A stretch of DNA of 62,287 nt, the filler included, from Nemertoderma westbladi (Eukaryota; Animalia; Xenacoelomorpha): the NCBI GenBank assembly GCA_032718475.1. It is 3 parts of 3 records of this genome, joined end to end, with 100 filler letters (N's around TTAATTAATTAA, not from the genome) between each part and the next. Parts side by side here need not be neighbours in the genome. Positions count along the whole stretch, not along the records: positions 24,116 to 52,911 come from JAUCBJ010008964.1; positions 53,012 to 62,287 come from JAUCBJ010000018.1; 1 more part is not named here. One strand, written 5' to 3'. A program made the position numbers and the translations under genes. The notes below the pieces were generated by a model. That model saw only the letters and a list, made by a program, of their open reading frames with translations, was not told the origin of the DNA and did no database searches. This document shows positions 50,461 to 62,287 of the stretch, one piece after another. Position 1 is the first letter of the stretch. The number at the start of each line of letters is the position of its first letter.

Positions 50461-51555
50461 CAAATATTATTTAGATTATCTAAAAATAAAAAAAATAAAA
50501 TGTTTGTTAGAATATATTTTTTTACATTATGTCAACTTAACAGCGTTCTGGTGAATTACTCGTAACGCTGCAAAGTACTTTGCGGCGTTGCGGCCTATAG
50601 GACGGTACGCTGCAAAGTAATCAATGACATGGAAACAACTTCAATTACCGTATTCCAGAATGTATTATTTCCATTTATGTTAATGATTGCAGCTTTATTA
50701 TCCAATTTGCAGTGACGGGACTAGCTACTGGATGTAAATAATTGTTTAATATGTACTGTAATCCATTATGGCGAAACGTCCAATAGAAGACACTAAATTA
50801 ACTAACTTATTAATTAACTATTAATTAACTATTAATTAACTAACTTAACTAACTAAATTAGAGGTACCAATAACGGTCATACATTATTTCTTAAAAAAGC
50901 ACAAATTTTAATCGCTTGTCAGTGAGAATTTATTAAAACCTGTTGTTATTTACAGTATTGTTATTTACAATTTACCATATTTTGTTTGCACAAGTTTCGA
51001 TCTTCAAACGGCTGAGACATCCAAATAGTGGCGCAAATTGACCATAAGTGAAAAGGTATTGTTTATTGTTTTGGGTGGAAAACACCGCCACTAATGTTTG
51101 AAATTTAAATAAATTAATTTTTTAAATCATCTAAAAAACACATAGTTTGTGTTTCCGGTCACTTTGCGTCATTAACTCGAGAAATCACATCCGCGTTTTT
51201 GACTGTCGGTCGTAAGTGATAATAATTATCTATAACGAAAGACGTAAAATCGTCTAAAAACAACTTATTGTACAACTCATAATGAGAAATTACACAAAAA
51301 AGTGAATTGTATACGTTATTGTAGATATTTATATTTTTTAAAATATCTGCAAAGGCATTTTGGCTGTAGAAATAAATTGTTAATAAATAATATTGTTTAC
51401 CGCTAGGGGTGCAAGTTAAATTCATAAGAACTAAAGGCGATTTCCTTGTAATTGTTTATTTTGGGCCATTATGCCTAGATTGGGCCATTTTGTTCTAGGT
51501 GGGCCATATTTGCCCTAAGAGGACGTGTACCTTTTGGGCCATCGTAGTAGGATTA

Positions 51556-51822
51556 GGGCCATTGCTCCAAGCCCAAGGCCATTTAAGGGCCATTGGACCT
51601 TTAAAAGGTGGCCCTAATAGTGGGAAAGCTTATATATATATATGGGGCCATTGCTCCAACGCCAAGGCCATTTAAGGGCCATTGGACCTTTAAAAGGTGG
51701 CCCTAATAGTGGGAAAGCTTATATATATATATGGGGCCATTGCTCCAAGCCCAAGGCCATTTAAGGGCCATTGGACCTTTAAAAGGTGGCCCTAATAGTG
51801 GGAAAGCTTATATATATATATA
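51556..51822. repeat. 89-bp tandem repeat, three copies
   Basis: gggccattgctccaa...gggaaagcttatatat starts at 51556, 51645 and 51734. Confidence 0.9.
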
Positions 51823-52911
51823 GATATTCCTTGTATCATGCGGGCCATATGTGTATAACTCCAGTGGCCCATTCGCATTCAAGAAATATATTTTTCAGGC
51901 CTATTCGCTACCAAGTGGCCTATTTTATCAAAGGCCATTTTGAAATTTGGCGGCCCAATTGCTACAAATTGGCCCTGGGGCTACATAAATTATTTTACGT
52001 GGCCTTTATGCTACTAGAAGGCCTAAATGGGACTAAGAATATATTCACTATGGCCCAGAGGCTACAATGTGGCCCCTTTGCTACCACAATTTTATAGTTA
52101 TATAGTTATAGTTATGTATATAAATTAAATTATAATTTAAACGCCATCTGATGTATGACCATGGAATTTATTATTGGATAATTTAACCATGGCCCATATA
52201 CTACTAGCGAAATATAATAAAAAATATATATTTGGTAAGTTTTGGGCCATTGAGTTTTTCAAAACGTCAAAACGAGTAAAAGTTTTGTAGAATAGATTTA
52301 TTTATACAATATACAGTATAAAAACAATAACAAATACACCAAACATAATGGTATTTTTTCACCAACATACTGTAACATAATAGGATTACCCCTAAAGCTC
52401 TGCAGCATATTTCCAAGCATATTTCTAATTTATGTTACTTACAAATACCGTACAATATGAAAAATATGAAAATGGGTTATGGGGGATAACTTAAACTTTA
52501 ACTGTCTTTTTTTCATATCAATAACTCTATTAGTAATGGTGGGGTCTATAAAACATTAGTTCCCCTCAGGGAGGGGGGGGGGGGGGGGGGGGGCGCAATT
52601 CATCTTTCCAAATATATCATTACACTAGTATAAAAGGTCACGTTCTCACTCAATTGCAAATATATTATTGTGGGGCGAGCCGCGAAGTGAGCGAAGCCTT
52701 AGCATATGGGTGCCATTGGCGAGTTGTCTGTCGTCGTCGTCTTTGATCGTTAATAACCAAAGAAACTGGATATCGCATAACGATGATAAGTTGATAAAAT
52801 GTAAAAAAAACATACCACATAATTAACGAACAATACCAACAAGTAGTAATCACAATAATATCGCTCATAGGTAGGGACACAGTGAATCGATAATGAATTT
52901 GTTACACCCCA

Positions 52912-53011
52912 NNNNNNNNNNNNNNNNNNNNNNNNNNNNNNNNNNNNNNNNNNNNTTAATTAATTAANNNNNNNNNNNNNNNNNNNNNNNNNNNNNNNNN
53001 NNNNNNNNNNN
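52912..53011. other. Artificial contig spacer
   Basis: 100 bp of N with central TTAATTAATTAA. Confidence 0.97.
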
Positions 53012-53535
53012 CACTGGCAGACTACTATCAAGCATAAACAAACTACTGTATGTGCAGATTCTGAAACTGTTAGTTAGTATGCGTGCTAACACGGTAGTAC
53101 GACTTACTCTTTAAGAGGGGATTGACCTTACAGCTTATGGCTGCCCCAACTTACTAACGGCACTTTATCAGACCAACTCTACACACGCAGCAATCCCTTC
53201 AGACTTAAAAATAGCTAGACAACAATCCAGCCTACAAATATTTGAGTAATAACCATTACGGTACCCGAACAGACCACACAAACAAACACAGGCTAAAACA
53301 CTGGCAGACTACGATCAAGCCTAAATAAACTACAGTATATGCAGACTCTGAAACTGTTAGTTAGTATGCGTGCTAACACGGTAGTACGACTTATTCTTTA
53401 AGAGGGGATTGACCTTACCGCTTATGGCTGCCCCAACTTACTAACGGCACTTTATCAGACAAACTCTACACACGCCGCAATCTCTCCAAACCCAACCACA
53501 GTCAGACAGCAGCTCAGCCTACAATTATCTGAACA
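53012..53535. repeat. 287-bp direct repeat (about 2 copies) at the contig start
   Basis: cactggcagactac at 53012 and 53299; a ~130-nt core is nearly identical while the tails diverge. Confidence 0.85.
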
Positions 53536-55166
53536 ATCTGAGCAGGGTCACACGCCTTCTGCTCAATATTAGCCTACTAGTAAATAAAACTGGCAGAAAT
53601 AAGTAGAATCTCAAATAAAAAATCAGGGCGGCCGTTCCCTGATTAAGTACCAAGACCTACCGGTATACAACAATCAAAATCGAATAATACTAATGTACTT
53701 GTACAGCAGTACCGGTACCGGTGATGACAGTTAAGCCTACTGACCTACAAAGTACCGGTTCAGTTTTACCGGTCCCTACGGTATTTTGCAACCCTATTGC
53801 CTACTGCAATAAGATTGTAAACCGTTACTGTTCGCCAGAACAGTATTAAACTGTATTTAATGCCTACACTTGCAACCTTATTGCCTACTGCAATAAGATT
53901 ATAAACTGTTACTGTTCGCGCTTTTGAAGACCTTTAGCAGTTTAACCTGCCAAAATTTATATGTCTTCTAGTTAATTAAAACCACTTTAGCATACGACAA
54001 TATTTTATGCTAATACGCAAAACATTAACCGAAGTCAGCCCATGCGCGATCATTCACCCGATGGATCTACACCCGGGAGACTGAATTCGGATGCTTGAAT
54101 TGTATTATTACAGTGTAAGGTTGCAGTGTATACCTAATGTATTATTCGATAGATCGCTAATAATTAATCTCTGACAGATATTATTGGCTTTCGGGAAATA
54201 TTAACAGTTCCTTTAGGACGTGGCGCTTTATCTATTTAAACAGAACTAAGACTTATACTAAACGCAACGATACTGCTTATGATTGAAGTATAAAGCGTAT
54301 TCTTTAGGAAATACTTTGTTACCAATCACAATCATACACACTATTCTGCCGACAGTCAGTATATTTGATCACACATAAAGAGAGCAGTAATTGACTCACG
54401 TAGGGTCTGCTAAATAACATTGGATTCAATACACACCACATTAATATAAATCGCAATTGTTATGTATAGCCGGTCTCTCTAACCTGTAGTGTATCAAGAA
54501 AATTGGGAATTTGGGTGATTTATCCGTATTATCCAAAGAGCAATATTTCCATCAACAAATAGGTACAATTAATAACTGACGGTAAAATAACAGTACAAAC
54601 AATATGATTAATGCAGTTAAATTAAGTGAGTTAATGCTGTCTTTCGATTTGATTGATTAATTAATTAAGATTGGTTTCGGTAACAGTTTATACTTTCGAT
54701 AATTCAAGCAGTTTACTAGAGTTCTTCCCAAAAGGCCGGTGTTTCTGGCTTAGACAGCAATAACAACAAAGTAACAAGTAAAACAGTAAGACAGAACACT
54801 CTCCTTATGATCGGCAGAAAAGCTACACGTCGACAGGAAAAACCGCCCTGATTGGCTCAAGCCAAACAAAGAACCACGCGTCCAATGGCTGTTTCCATGT
54901 CAGCAACCAGCTGCTAGATGTCGTAATATGAATCATCACGGCTAAGCTGTGAAAGGTAGTTGGTGCATTACAAGTTTTTTGCCTTACCATGTCCGCCAAA
55001 ACACGTATATAGCAGAATGATTTTTATGTCCGTTAAAACACCTGTAAAGGTACCTTGCGGGCGAGGGGAATATATATACAGTTAGAAAACCTTTTTAGAG
55101 TATTCCAGCGCCTGGGGGAGAACTGGCCAGCAAAGGCAAACGTATCAGTTATCCCACAAAAGCTTT

Positions 55167-57797
55167 TACAAACCTTGCCTCCACCCTGCAGACACACCAA
55201 CCTTGCCTCCACCCTGCAGACACACCAACCTTGCCTCCACCCTGCAGACACACCAACCTTGCCTCCACCCTGCAGACACACCAACCTTGCCTCCACCCTG
55301 CAGACACACCAACCTTGCCTCCACCCTGCAGACACACCAACCTTGCCTCCACCCTGCAGACACACCAACCTTGCCTCCACCCTGCAGACACACCAACCCT
55401 GCCTCCACCCTGCAGACACACCAACCTTGCCTCCACCCTGCAGACACACCAACCTTGCCTCCACCCTGCAGACACACCAACCTTGCCTCCACCCTGCAGA
55501 CACACCAACCTTGCCTCCACCCTGCAGACACACCAACCTTGCCTCCACCCTGCAGACACACCAACCCTGCCTCCACCCTGCAGACACACCAACCTTGCCT
55601 CCACCCTGCAGACACACCAACCTTGCCTCCACCCTGCAGACACACCAACCTTGCCTCCACCCTGCAGACACACCAACCTTGCCTCCACCCTGCAGACACA
55701 CCAACCTTGCCTCCACCCTGCAGACACACCAACCCTGCCTCCACCCTGCAGACACACCAACCTTGCCTCCACCCTGCAGACACACCAACCTCGCCTCCAC
55801 CCTGCAGACACACCAACCTCGCCTCCACCCTGCAGACACACTAACCTTGCCTCCACCCATCACCGCCCTGCAGACACACCAACCTCGCCTCCACCCTGCA
55901 GACACACTAACCTTGCCTCCACCCATCACCGCCCTGCAGACACACCAACCTCGCCTCCACCCTGCAGACACACCAACCTCGCCTCCACCCTGCAGACACA
56001 CCAACCTCGCCCCCACCCAGCAGACACACCAACCTCGCCTCCACCCATCACCACCCTGCAGACACACCAACCTCGCCTCCACCCTGCAGACACACCAACC
56101 TTGCCTCCACCCATCACCACCCTGCAGACACACCAACCTCGCCTCCACCCTGCAGACACACAAACCTTGCCTCCACCCAGCACCACCCTGCAGACACACC
56201 AACCTCGCCTCCACCCTGCAGACACACCAACCTCGCCCCCACCCAGCAGACACACCAACCTCGCCTCCACCCATCACCACCCTGCAGACACACCAACCTC
56301 GCCTCCACCCTGCAGACACACCAACCTTGCCTCCACCCATCACCACCCTGCAGACACACCAACCTCGCCTCCACCCTGCAGACACACAAACCTTGCCTCC
56401 ACCCAGCACCACCCTGCAGACACACCAACCTCGCCTCCACCCTGCAGACACACAAACCTTGCCTCCACCCATCACCGCCCTGCAGACACACCAACCTCGC
56501 CTCCACCCTGCAGACACACCAACCTCGCCTCCACCCAGCACCACCCTGCAGACACACCAACCTCGCCTCTACCCTGCAGACACACCAACCTTGCCTCCAC
56601 CCTGCAGACACACCAACCTTGCCTCCACCCTGCAGACACACCAACCTTGCCTCCACCCTGCAGACACACCAACCTTGCCTCCACCCTGCAGACACACCAA
56701 CCTTGCCTCCACCCTGCAGACACACCAACCTTGCCTCCACCCTGCAGACACACCAACCTTGCCTCCACCCTGCAGACACACCAACCTTGCCTCCACCCTG
56801 CAGACACACCAACCTTGCCTCCACCCTGCAGACACACCAACCCTGCCTCCACCCTGCAGACACACCAACCTTGCCTCCACCCTGCAGACACACCAACCTT
56901 GCCTCCACCCTGCAGACACACCAACCTTGCCTCCACCCTGCAGACACACCAACCTTGCCTCCACCCTGCAGACACACCAACCTTGCCTCCACCCAGCACC
57001 ACCCTGCAGACACACCAACCTCGCCTCTACCCTGCAGACACACCAACCTTGCCTCCACCCTGCAGACACACCAACCCTGCCTCCACCCTGCAGACACACC
57101 AACCTTGCCTCCACCCAGCACCACCCTGCAGACACACCAACCTCGCCTCTACCCTGCAGACACACCAACCTTGCCTCCACCCAGCACCACCCTGCAGACA
57201 CACCAACCTTGCCTCCACCCTGCAGACACACCAACCTTGCCTCCACCCTGCAGACACACCAACCCTGCCTCCACCCTGCAGACACACCAACCTTGCCTCC
57301 ACCCTGCAGACACACCAACCTTGCCTCCACCCTGCAGACACACCAACCTTGCCTCCACCCTGCAGACACACCAACCTTGCCTCCACCCTGCAGACACACC
57401 AACCTTGCCTCCACCCAGCACCACCCTGCAGACACACCAACCTCGCCTCTACCCTGCAGACACACCAACCTTGCCTCCACCCTGCAGACACACCAACCCT
57501 GCCTCCACCCTGCAGACACACCAACCTTGCCTCCACCCAGCACCACCCTGCAGACACACCAACCTCGCCTCTACCCTGCAGACACACCAACCTCGCCTCC
57601 ACCCTGCAGACACACCAACCTTGCCTCCACCCATCACCACCCTGCAGACACACCAACCTTGCCTCCACCCAGCACCACCCTGCAGACACACCAACCTCGC
57701 CTCTACCCTGCAGACACACCAACCTCGCCTCCACCCTGCAGACACACCAACCTTGCCTCCACCCATCACCACCCTGCAGACACACCAACCTTGCCTC
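55167..57797. repeat. 28-bp minisatellite (ccttgcctccaccctgcagacacaccaa)n with 38-bp variants
   Basis: ~2.6-kb array; variant units ctcgcc, ccctgcc, and +catcaccacc/+cagcaccacc. Confidence 0.97.
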
Positions 57798-58322
57798 CTG
57801 TGTAATAATTGAGCAACTTTTGGGATATAGGTAAATAAGTTAACGCTGTTGATTTTTCACAAATATTGCAGAAAATTGCAGATGGGACACATTCTTATAT
57901 TATTCGACCCCAAAAGGTCATGTTGGACAGATTTTGGCAGAATAAATTATATGGTACTGAGACTGGAATACTATTGTCAAACAAAGTAGATCATTACTCT
58001 GGTATACAGTATGAGAGCGAGAAATATACGAACCGAAGGAAATTTGTAAATGTTCCCTCTGTACAAGTTTAATGAGAATCACCCATCACAGAGTTTTTAT
58101 TCCGAAAATATTCCAGTGCGAGGCGAATGAAAATGTTTACATTGGAAAAATGTTTTCCGAGATTTTCCGCCTGATGGTAATATAATTAAATAATATAATA
58201 CATGGAAAATACAAAAAATACTATTTATTAAAGATAAAAAGGAAAAATAAAGGAGATTAACAATTAACAATAAATTAGATAGTGACGCACCAATAGAAAA
58301 TAGCCAAAAATATAACTAATTT

Positions 58323-59465
58323 CTACGTAGGAATATTAGAAGGTCGAGTTAATTGTGATGATAAGGCGTCGAGTTCTGGGGAGACCCAGGTGTTGTTTTT
58401 ACTTAATGGCTGACCGTTTGGGTCAGGGACAGTGGCAGTGTTGGTGGCCACACTGGTGCTGGAGGGTGGCCACGCTGGTGGGATTGCGCAGATCGAGTCA
58501 GAGCGATCTGGTTTCTCCGCTATACCCCTCCGGTCTATCAGACTGGGGTAGAACGTTCCGCACAGTACGTTGCATAGATTAGATATAGGGTTGGAACGTG
58601 AAAATGGGTTGCGAGGAACCACATTGGGACTATCAGGCGACTTATATTTCCAGGATCCTTTTATGTCTTCGTTGGTTGTAACGTTGGTGCAGACGAGGAG
58701 GATGTGAAGACAGACCATCCCAACAGGGAAACAGAGGGAAGTGAAGCTGGTGAAGAGGACAATGACGCTAGTGGGACTGGCGGAAAGGAAAGAGGTGAAC
58801 CCGATTTCCTGAGAGCGGAGGGCAACGTGAGTTACTACTGAAGCGAAAACGGCGACGCATAGCGCCGAGACACTGAGTAGAAAGAGGACGAAGTAGCGGT
58901 AGTTCCGTTTACCAATGCAGTTACCCACCCACGGACAATGGTGATCGAAATTCTCGATACAGCAGTTGCATATGCTACAGTGTGAGGCTCGTGGTGGCCG
59001 GTAGATTTTACAGGTGAAGCAGTACTTGAGTTTTATGGTCTCTCCTCTTATAGTGATGACGCGTGCGAGCGTCGGCGGGGAGATGTACGGTCCCGGGGCC
59101 GTTTCGTCGAACAACTCGCTTCTCGCGAACCCACTGTCGTGAGCGATCTGACGTTCGCGTTTTATTTCTGCGGCCTTTCCGCGCGGTATGACCCCCGGGT
59201 CGGACCAGCCGCACCGCAGTAGGTTCGCGATGCTGTACAGCCACAGTAGAACGCTGACCGCCGGGATAGCGGGACTAACGTGCTTCGCGAGGTACGGACA
59301 ATCGAAAACGAAGAACAGCCCCCCAACAATCACAATAAGCGCAAGGTTACCGTAGACCATGACGTGGTCCTTAGCTGACATAGTCCGCCCATCGCAAAAG
59401 AATGTAGCGCGGCCGGGATGTATCTCCCAATTGCGAACTGGTTCCTCTTTCAGAGAAGACGCCAT
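58323..59465 (-). CDS. Intronless DHHC palmitoyltransferase, ZDHHC9/14/18 (Erf2/App) subfamily, 380 aa
   Basis: WEIHPGRATFFCDGR N-terminus, SDPGVIPR, LKYCFTCKIYRPPRASHCSICNCCIENFDHHCPWVGNCIGKRNYRYF, TTNEDIK, NPFS; four TM segments. Confidence 0.93.
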   Translation of the reverse strand: MASSLKEEPVRNWEIHPGRATFFCDGRTMSAKDHVMVYGNLALIVIVGGLFFVFDCPYLAKHVSPAIPAVSVLLWLYSIANLLRCGWSDPGVIPRGKAAEIKRERQIAHDSGFARSELFDETAPGPYISPPTLARVITIRGETIKLKYCFTCKIYRPPRASHCSICNCCIENFDHHCPWVGNCIGKRNYRYFVLFLLSVSALCVAVFASVVTHVALRSQEIGFTSFLSASPTSVIVLFTSFTSLCFPVGMVCLHILLVCTNVTTNEDIKGSWKYKSPDSPNVVPRNPFSRSNPISNLCNVLCGTFYPSLIDRRGIAEKPDRSDSICAIPPAWPPSSTSVATNTATVPDPNGQPLSKNNTWVSPELDALSSQLTRPSNIPT

Positions 59466-60002
59466 CGGTCAGTTGGTGATTTATCTGTTCATTGGTTCAT
59501 AGCTCTGTACATTACATAACATACGTCAGTACGTAACATATCGACATCCATTGAGTGGTCGTTCGTGTACAGACATGACTTCAGAGTTCAGGCAGTCAAA
59601 GTCAAACGTAGGTCTGGCTGGCGCAGGGCCGCAGCATGTCTGGAGGGGAGGTACCAGTTCAGCAGTTTATTGCAGTATTGTTTGCAATATGAAATGAAAC
59701 ACAAGATGGAACGCTTATTACAGTATTACAGCACAGCAGTATTACTACTGTACTGTACTACAGTTTATAACAATATTATCAGATTATACTGTACTGTCAC
59801 AGTGTCAGACTGTATGCAGGTACATGTCTGCATGTAGTACAGTACTGCAGCTGCAGTAGTGAGTAGTATCTATAAACACGAGGAGGCGTTGGAACATCTA
59901 ATTTCAAGCAGTCTCTGATTGGACTAAAATAGTTGAATTTAACCAATAAGAAGGCGAATGAAATACATAAGGTGGTTCTAATGACAATAATAAAAGCCAT
60001 TA

Positions 60003-60598
60003 GGCCCCCCTCACACGGAGCAACTTGTTTCTGCAACTTGTTTCTGAAACTTGTTGCTGGACCCCCTCACACACAGAAACTTGTTGCTGCAACTTCTTTC
60101 AGCAACTTGTTTCCGAAACTTGTTTCTGCAACTTGTTGCTGGACCCCCTCACACACAGAAACTTGTTGCTGCAACTTGTTTCAGCAACTTGTTTCCGAAA
60201 CTTGTTTCTGCAACTTGTTGCTGGACCCCCTCAAACACAGAAACTTGTTGCTGAAGAAAATAACAATTATTTGCAAATAAATAGCTAACATGTCCACTCA
60301 TTTATATATAATATCACATCACTCAAATTATCTAATATTAGCTAGTATCAAAATGGAATGTAATAAAAGTTTTTCAAAAAGTTGCTGGGAATATAACTTC
60401 CAGCAACTTGTTGCTGGACTCCCTCACACACAGAAACAAGTTGCGGAAACAAGTTGCAGAAACTTGTTGCTGGAGTCCTCACACACAGAAATAAGTTGCA
60501 GAAACAAGTTGCAGCAACAAGTTTCTGTGTGTGAGGGGGTCCAGCAACAAGTTTCAGAAAAAAGTTGCAGAAACAAGTTGCTCCGTGTGAGGGGGGCC
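60003..60598. mobile_element. PIF/Harbinger-type foldback MITE
   Basis: TIR ggcccccctcacacggagcaacttgtttctgcaac / reverse complement; TTA TSD (60000-02, 60599-601); arms of aacttgtt repeats. Confidence 0.88.
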
Positions 60599-60732
60599 TT
60601 AGTCTGATAATTTCAAGTCATCTATTTGATTAATATATTCAATATATTAGCCACAAATATATTAATTAAAATTATGATACATTATTTATTAAAGTTTATA
60701 AGATATAATATTATCATTATGGTACATTATTA

Positions 60733-61509
60733 CACAGGTTAACATCTAAAAATGTATAAGTTGTAGCAATAACAGAAATGTGTTGATCTAATTCAATTTT
60801 TTGCGCTGATTCCAAATCTGCCTTCGAAATCTTCATGCGACCTCTAGAAAAAAAGTTATTGCAAAATTTTATTTTGTAATTTTTTAACATAATATCATAT
60901 ACATTTTACGAAAATTATAATCAAACAAGGTAAGTAGGCCTATTAATAGCTTAGTTGGTTCATGGTTAGTATTTAGAAACTTACTTAGAAACGTTTTACA
61001 TAAGACTTTCGCTTATAGGACTTATCTGGGGCATCTCTCATTAGAGCCCAACAGTAGTCCCCCATCATACTAGCATTCCAAAAGCCCTGATAGCGCTCTT
61101 CCATAACTTTAATGTCCTGGTGAAATCGCTCACCATGTTCATCACTGACCTTGCCAAGATTTTCTGCAAAGAAATTGAGATGTGAATGAAGGAAATGTAT
61201 CTTCAGAGACATTTTCACCCCCATTGCTTGATACGAATTTAACATTTCATGAACTATCGAGATGTAATCTGATGAACGGGGATTTCCAAGAAAATTTTCA
61301 CAAACGCTTCGGAATGCTTGAAAGGCTCTCTTCTCAACTTCATTAAGTTTTCCTTCAAAAATCTCATCATAAAGCACCTTTTTTATCTCAGGAACTATAA
61401 ATACTCCTTCCTTGAACTTTGCTTGACTGAGGTAGGGAAACTTTTCACAAAGATAAGTGAAACCAGTGCTATTGTCCTTAGCTAGTTTCTTTACAAAGTT
61501 CTTCATTAA
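60733..61509 (-). mobile_element. Chapaev/Chapaev3-like (CMC) transposon 3' part with transposase C-terminus (60985-61509)
   Basis: LMKNFVK..KFP.LSQAK.KEGVF..FLGN..MSLKIHFLHSHL..LGKVSDEHGERFHQDI..MEERYQG.W..MMGDYCW (family recalled); probable terminus TTA|CAC at 60730-35. Confidence 0.7.
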
Positions 61510-62287
61510 CCCTATTACCACTGGGGTGTTTTGACCATTAGCACCACTGGGGGGGGATTCGGCCCACCCACTATATTTTTGTATTCGTCCATTGAAATCC
61601 TACAAAATTTGGGCTGTTGGTGAAACAACTATAGATGAACACTACCAAACCTTAAAAAGTTAAAATTTCATAAGCAGGGACTCATAATTTTGATGGTTAA
61701 TAAAAGTAGTCCCAGGACAAAATTACAAAATTTTTCGTTTTCTAAAAACTAATAGTGTGGCAGTGTTGGCTAGATTTAGTAGGTTTTTCAAGACGCTGAA
61801 TCGAATGTGATTATATTCCACTTCCAAAAATTGAAGTGGATGCTATTTTTCGTGCACCTAAAAAGTGGGCGTCGTACTTCAAATTTTGAAAAATTAGATA
61901 TTCAGAAAATACCCCTAATATTTTTTATTTCAACGCATCTTTATGGGTTTTCTGGGCCGCTGAATCGATTGAAAGTAATATAGAAGCCTGAAGACTGAGT
62001 GGTTCGCCATTTTTGGTGCACCAAAATTAGGGCGTGGCACTTCAAATTTTGAAAAATAATAATAATATTTTTGAAAAAAAAATAATTTTGAAAAATAAAC
62101 CAAAATTAAAATTTTAACGCATTTATATAGGTTTTCTAGACCGCTGAATCGATTGAAAGTAATATAGAAGCCTGAAGACTTAGAGGTTAGCCATTTTTTG
62201 AAATCAAAACTTTAGTGTTTTTTCCGATAAAGTAATTTTGAAAATTTGAAGTGCCACGCCCTAATTTTGGTGCACCGAAAATTACGT
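61510..62287. mobile_element. piggyBac-like non-autonomous element inserted at TTAA into the transposase; runs off the window
   Basis: TTAA (61506-09) followed by ccctattacc; transposase similarity stops here; internal ~190-bp repeats and an inverted repeat at ~62010-62055/62240-62275. Confidence 0.7.

Noticed and set aside
53080-53125. Twister-like words (cuaacac ... gagggg) in the 287-bp repeat
   Set aside because: The central twister elements (GCC..GGUCCCAAGC-like) are missing.
55033-57834. Very long ORFs (up to 916 aa) of PPPCRHTNLASTLQTHQ repeats
   Set aside because: Artefact of a stop-free 28-bp minisatellite; open in multiple frames on both strands.
59933-60607. Cys-rich ORFs (ETCC/ATCF repeats)
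   Set aside because: Translations of the Harbinger MITE's internal repeats.

Overview
AT-rich, repeat-dense animal (probably invertebrate) genomic DNA. It is three contigs joined by two artificial 100-bp N spacers (24016-24115, 52912-53011), so adjacency across them is not established. Host genes: the first coding exon of a ZRANB1/Trabid deubiquitinase; a tandem pair of intronless SLC18B1-like MFS transporters (one intact, one disrupted by an RTE-group LINE with a 10-bp TSD); a five-exon secreted protein with four ShKT domains that the ORF track misses; and an intronless ZDHHC9/14/18-type palmitoyltransferase. The rest is largely layered mobile DNA: RTE-group LINEs, a CRE fragment, hAT, MULE-like, Harbinger, piggyBac-like and Helentron-like elements, a Chapaev-like transposase fragment and minisatellites. 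The most striking feature is an 11.4-kb array of at least 15 near-identical ~740-bp units. Each unit carries an intact hammerhead ribozyme catalytic core (CUGACGA-stem II-GAAA). The best-matching cleavage strand I found (GCGUA/CUGG) lies inside that core's own stem-II loop, which fits none of the type I/II/III monomer topologies but works across neighbouring units. An inverted 5' junction is consistent with a retrozyme/Penelope-like origin. A second, degenerate type III-like hammerhead lies at ~42.6 kb. Paired repeat copies also show small insertions at TA sites (TAGGCCTA, TACCGGTA) that resemble transposon excision scars. Family assignments are from recalled motifs; no database searches were run.
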